Assembly: GCA_001949185.1 (NCBI GenBank)
Contig: BDGG01000013.1
Coordinates: 1,127,226 to 1,191,225 of the forward strand
From: Ramazzottius varieornatus
Lineage: Eukaryota > Animalia > Tardigrada
Length of the DNA stretch: 64,000 nt
Direction of reading: 5' to 3'
Shown: positions 60,252 to 64,000 of the stretch, in pieces
Numbering within the stretch: the first letter of the stretch is position 1
Layout: each line of letters opens with the position of its first letter
Translations under genes and position numbers: made by a program
Notes under the pieces: generated by a model
Told to the model about the DNA's origin: nothing
The model's database searches: none
What the model saw: only the letters and a program-made list of their open reading frames with translations

Positions 60252-61862
60252 ATGGAATGGATGTATGGAGTAAAAGATGGGACTTTATCTGATTCTCTTT
60301 TCCCAGGGATGGACACGATTGAAGAAGGCATGCCATGGGAATATCGCGGCGAAGGTAACTCGTCCCTCGTTCTCGTATCCCCCAAATCTCGCCTCGTGCT
60401 ACGGCTGCGCAAAATCCGACCACCTAAACCTCTCGGCGGACGACCCTCCTTCTCCGAAGCCGCAAGCAGCATGAGAAGCCTCGTTAGCTACGTCGACCAT
60501 GTCATTCGCCCGATGCTGCCTCGATCCGAATGGATTCCTAAGATGCAAGTCATCCCCCTACCTGACAACACTGCCCTGTTCTTCCCTGACACGGCTGCTC
60601 GAGATGCTCGAAGAATGACTGAGCAATATTCTTTCCATAAAGAAGCCATTCTAATGAGGGATCTGTGCTTCTTGACGAGTAGCATGTCTTCGGAGGCAGT
60701 GACGTTCAGCGTGGAGATCAAACCAAAGGAAGGCGTGTTGCCTGCTGGCGATGGCGTCCATCCTGCACGGAAGAACATGAGCAAGTATAGGCTGAAACAG
60801 ATCATGAAAGTCCAGGAGGGAATCATTCGGACGTCCAACGAGTACGATCCGATGGATCTCTTCTCGGGGAATCACGACAGAATGAAGGTAAGTCAAGAAA
60901 CTTTTCAAAAATATCATAATGTGGGTTGATTGAAGCTCAAGTCGGAAGTTGCGGAATAGTACGTTTGACGTCAGAGTTGTGATGCGATTGTCACGTCGTG
61001 TCCTATACGTCATGCAGATGGTTTGGACATGGTTGTAGTATCGTATGTCCGACAGCAAAGTCCTTTAAGTCTTAGCTGTGCACTGTGCCGACAACATGAC
61101 TGTGACTCCTTTGCCCTACGGTCCATTCAGGCAGCTCTTCACACGCTAATCGCCCACCCTCAGAATAACTTCAAGATCTTCATCAACGGTGTCGCGCAGT
61201 TTGACACTCGGAATCCCGGTAAAGAAAACCTCGACGCAGTCATGGCGAAGCTACTTCCAGCAGACATTCCGGACAAGGTCGACTGCTTGCTCGACCTGGT
61301 CATCACTGCTCTCAAGCAACCAGAACTGAAGGACGCTCCCTTGAACCGAAAGACCGGTACATCCTCGGACCTTCTGGATGCCGGCTCCATTCTTGGCGCA
61401 CTTCTCGAAGCGCAAAAGACTTGTGAGACTGACATCGAGCTGCTCTACCCCCAATACCAAGAGATATACAAGAAGCTTGAGAAGGAACCGGGTTTGAGGA
61501 GGAAGTTGGGAATAGACGGACCTGACTACGGGACTGCGCCGTTCTGGACTGGGGAAAGTATGGAAGAGCTTGGTGTGAATGACAAAGAGAAAAGTCAGCT
61601 TTTGAACTGTAGAGACTATTTGGCGGCAGCCACAGTGAAAGATTGTTCCGTTTTTCTGACATTCCGAAGCATTTCGCCCGATGAGAATGTGAGCTCTTTG
61701 GGGCTTGACTGTTCACAGAGAATTGTCGAGTCGAAGCCTGACTTAAGATTTTATTTTGCTGGAAGCTTTGTTGATCTGGATCCTAAACCTTTTGACCGAA
61801 TTGAAAAGCATTATGTTGAAAGTCAAAAGTTGATCGAACTTGTTACGCGTCAGAAAGAATAA
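60252..61862 (+). CDS. IPPK: Inositol-pentakisphosphate 2-kinase
   Basis: Exons 60252 (start uncertain; 60090 possible)-60887 and 61131-61862. Motifs WEYRGEGNSSLV, VEIKPK, YDPMDLFSG, PQNNFKIF, AATVKDCSVFL, VDLDPKP. Confidence 0.92.
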
Positions 61863-62351
61863 ACAATGGCTTTGGACGGAAATTCCCCCGTCAGAGTTGA
61901 ACCAAGGGTTCTCGGTTTTATCTCTTACATGTACAACCCCTATCGAAGTTCAACGGCACTATAATCCAAAGTTGCTCGGATACTGGTACCGATCCAGAAA
62001 CAGAGCACTGTACGTTTCCATCTCACACGGTATCATTCTCACTGTAGAGTGTGCATTATGTACATACAGCAGACACAATCCCATAGCAGTAGTCATAGTA
62101 GGTCATAAGTATAATATCCATTCACGTCGAACTCGAATCGTGTAAAATCATCGTTTCGGTTGCTGAATGTGGAAATAATTTCCAAACAGTAATTAGGTCG
62201 TGTCAAACAAGGTTCTTTTTTCCGCGGTAATTTCGGCCTTCTTCATCTTCGTGAAGCTTTTCCAACTGAGGCTTACTTCGTCATGTTTTGCGGCGTCAGG
62301 GTACTGAAACCTCGTATCTATTCTGCGGATATGTAGTTTTGATCGTTCAGC

Positions 62352-64000
62352 ATGTTGCCGATTGTGTATTACTTCCCTCTTTTGTGGAAAACCAATACTC
62401 TTTGTCAAGATGGGATGGTTGTTGACGATATGCATATGTCTATCGGAAATCAGATTCGATTACTCAATCTGGGCGTGGATTACAGCCACCGGATATTGTG
62501 CGAAGAGAAGTGCCAGACATCCAACTACAATGGTTTTCTCAACCTTGCCGACAAGGAAGCAGACTGTAACACGACGAATATGAGGTTCTTCTGCCCGTGC
62601 AAAACCAATCCCACATCGTGTAGAGGTGGGTGAAGTGTGACGGTGCTCTAACTATTCATCAATGTTGGTTGAAAGCTCAGAGTTGCAGTTTCGATTTGTA
62701 CGCACTTCGACTTTTTATCCTTTAGGTGACAGTATTCGCCTGACCGGCGGGACGTATGGTTTTCTGGAAATTTTTGGGCCCGATCATGGGCATGAGGGCG
62801 AACCGCACCACGGGCACGACCACAGCAAATGGTTTCCAGCCTGTGCTTCCACCATAGGTGCGGAAAGAAGGAAGATTGGACAGGTCGTGTGCAAAAGCTT
62901 CAACATGACGTTTGAAAGATCATATGGTATACGGCTGTACACCCTTTATTTCTAAGCACTAGGCACAAGTCTCTTCCGACTTAGCTATACTTTCAGTATG
63001 ACCGTTCAGAATATAACGGTACCGTTCTTTCGAATTTCTTGAGTTCTTACTTTCATTGTAATATGCATTGTTTGTGTAGCCACTGTAAGTTTGCTTTGCT
63101 CTCCAGGTACCAAACTGTCCGGAATATATCCGTATTCGCGTAATACTTCGTATTTCCCATGGGATTTCACTTGTAACGGTGAAGAAGACTCGCTGCGAGG
63201 ATGTAGCTTTACGGACCCCAAACGGTCAGGCAAACACAAGTCGACGGGCTGTCGAAATGGGACAGCTCCCCTGTACATAATGTGCACCACGGCGGGCCGA
63301 GACCCCGATCTCACCAGAGACAAGATTCCCGGACTCCAGCTGCAAGTAACGGACGCCGTTACCAGTAAAAGCACTGTAACGGAACCTACAGTGTTCGAAA
63401 TGTTCGAACCGACCTTCGGTCGCTGGACACCCATCTCCGAACTAGGCTGGACGCCCATCGAAAATGACGCAGCATGTAGCCTTCGCGGACGCAATGACCT
63501 CTTCGGCGCCAATCGAATGTTCAGCTGTAAGGCCTACTACGACTACTACAAGACACGGGGCCACGACGCGCCCACAGGGTACTACCAAATCATGGCTGAC
63601 GGAGTCCTCATGCCCATATACTGCGACATGGATTACACCGATCCGGGCTGGAACTTGATCTTCAACAACACTTTCGACACATATCTGAACAAAACAACGG
63701 CGCTGGAGTACAACATTTTCAACCATAGCCTGACCAGCACGTACACGATACTGGCGTACGCCGATGATCTGACACAAAGGTTCCCCGGTCGATCGTTTGA
63801 TTTGCGGATCGATGTGAACGATCAAGTTCCTGATGGCGGTGGGGGGCATTTTCGACTACCCAAAACGGAGTCGTTGATTAGTTCTAGAATTTCTAGAAAT
63901 ATCAAAATACTTCAACTGGGTTCGGTCGAAGACGTGTTCAAGAACCCAGAAAATGCAAAATCTGGTTTTACCTTGATGGTACCGCATTTCTCGAACTGGA
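62352..64000 (+). CDS. Putatively secreted multidomain protein: Cys-rich module, SRCR-like domain, fibrinogen-related domain (runs off the window)
   Basis: Approximate exons 62352-62625, 62727-62926, 63107->64000. SRCR: IRLTGGTYGFLEI..W..AC..GQVVCKSF..FTCNGEEDSLRGC. FReD start: SCKAY..GYYQI..IYCDM..GWNLI. Confidence 0.72.

Overview
This is eukaryotic (metazoan) genomic DNA. It is gene-dense, with mostly short GT-AG introns, roughly balanced GC content and one 50-N scaffold gap. The compact architecture and gene set suggest an invertebrate such as a tardigrade; this is inference, not verified. Spliced gene models were built by hand and checked for reading-frame phase. In order they are: LSm1 (+); TGIF-class homeobox (+); a ~955-aa protein with BARD1-type tandem BRCT but no RING or ankyrin domains (-); histidine acid phosphatase (-); hexa-EF-hand calbindin/calretinin-like protein (-); a small candidate neuropeptide precursor (-); RNF19/Dorfin RBR ligase (-); SCHIP1 (-); a natriuretic-peptide-receptor-like protein with no kinase or cyclase domain (+); a Ly6-like GPI protein (+); a SPATA4/SPEF1-type CH protein with nine PFFxxDPL repeats (-); whirlin/PDZD7-like protein (-); MetAP2 (+); IPPK (+); and a partial SRCR plus fibrinogen-like secreted protein (+). 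Relics include a hAT transposase remnant, a restriction-like-endonuclease non-LTR retroelement 3' end, a Mu-class GST pseudogene and a probable VPS50 pseudogene. There are four inverted-repeat elements and a dispersed family of 15 hairpin units (GTGGCGCA-N26/27-TGCGCCAC). The best novelty candidates are the -NPFFamide prohormone, the CH + PFFxxDPL repeat protein, the RING-less BARD1-like protein and the fixed-spacer hairpin family. Family assignments come from recalled motifs; no database searches were run.
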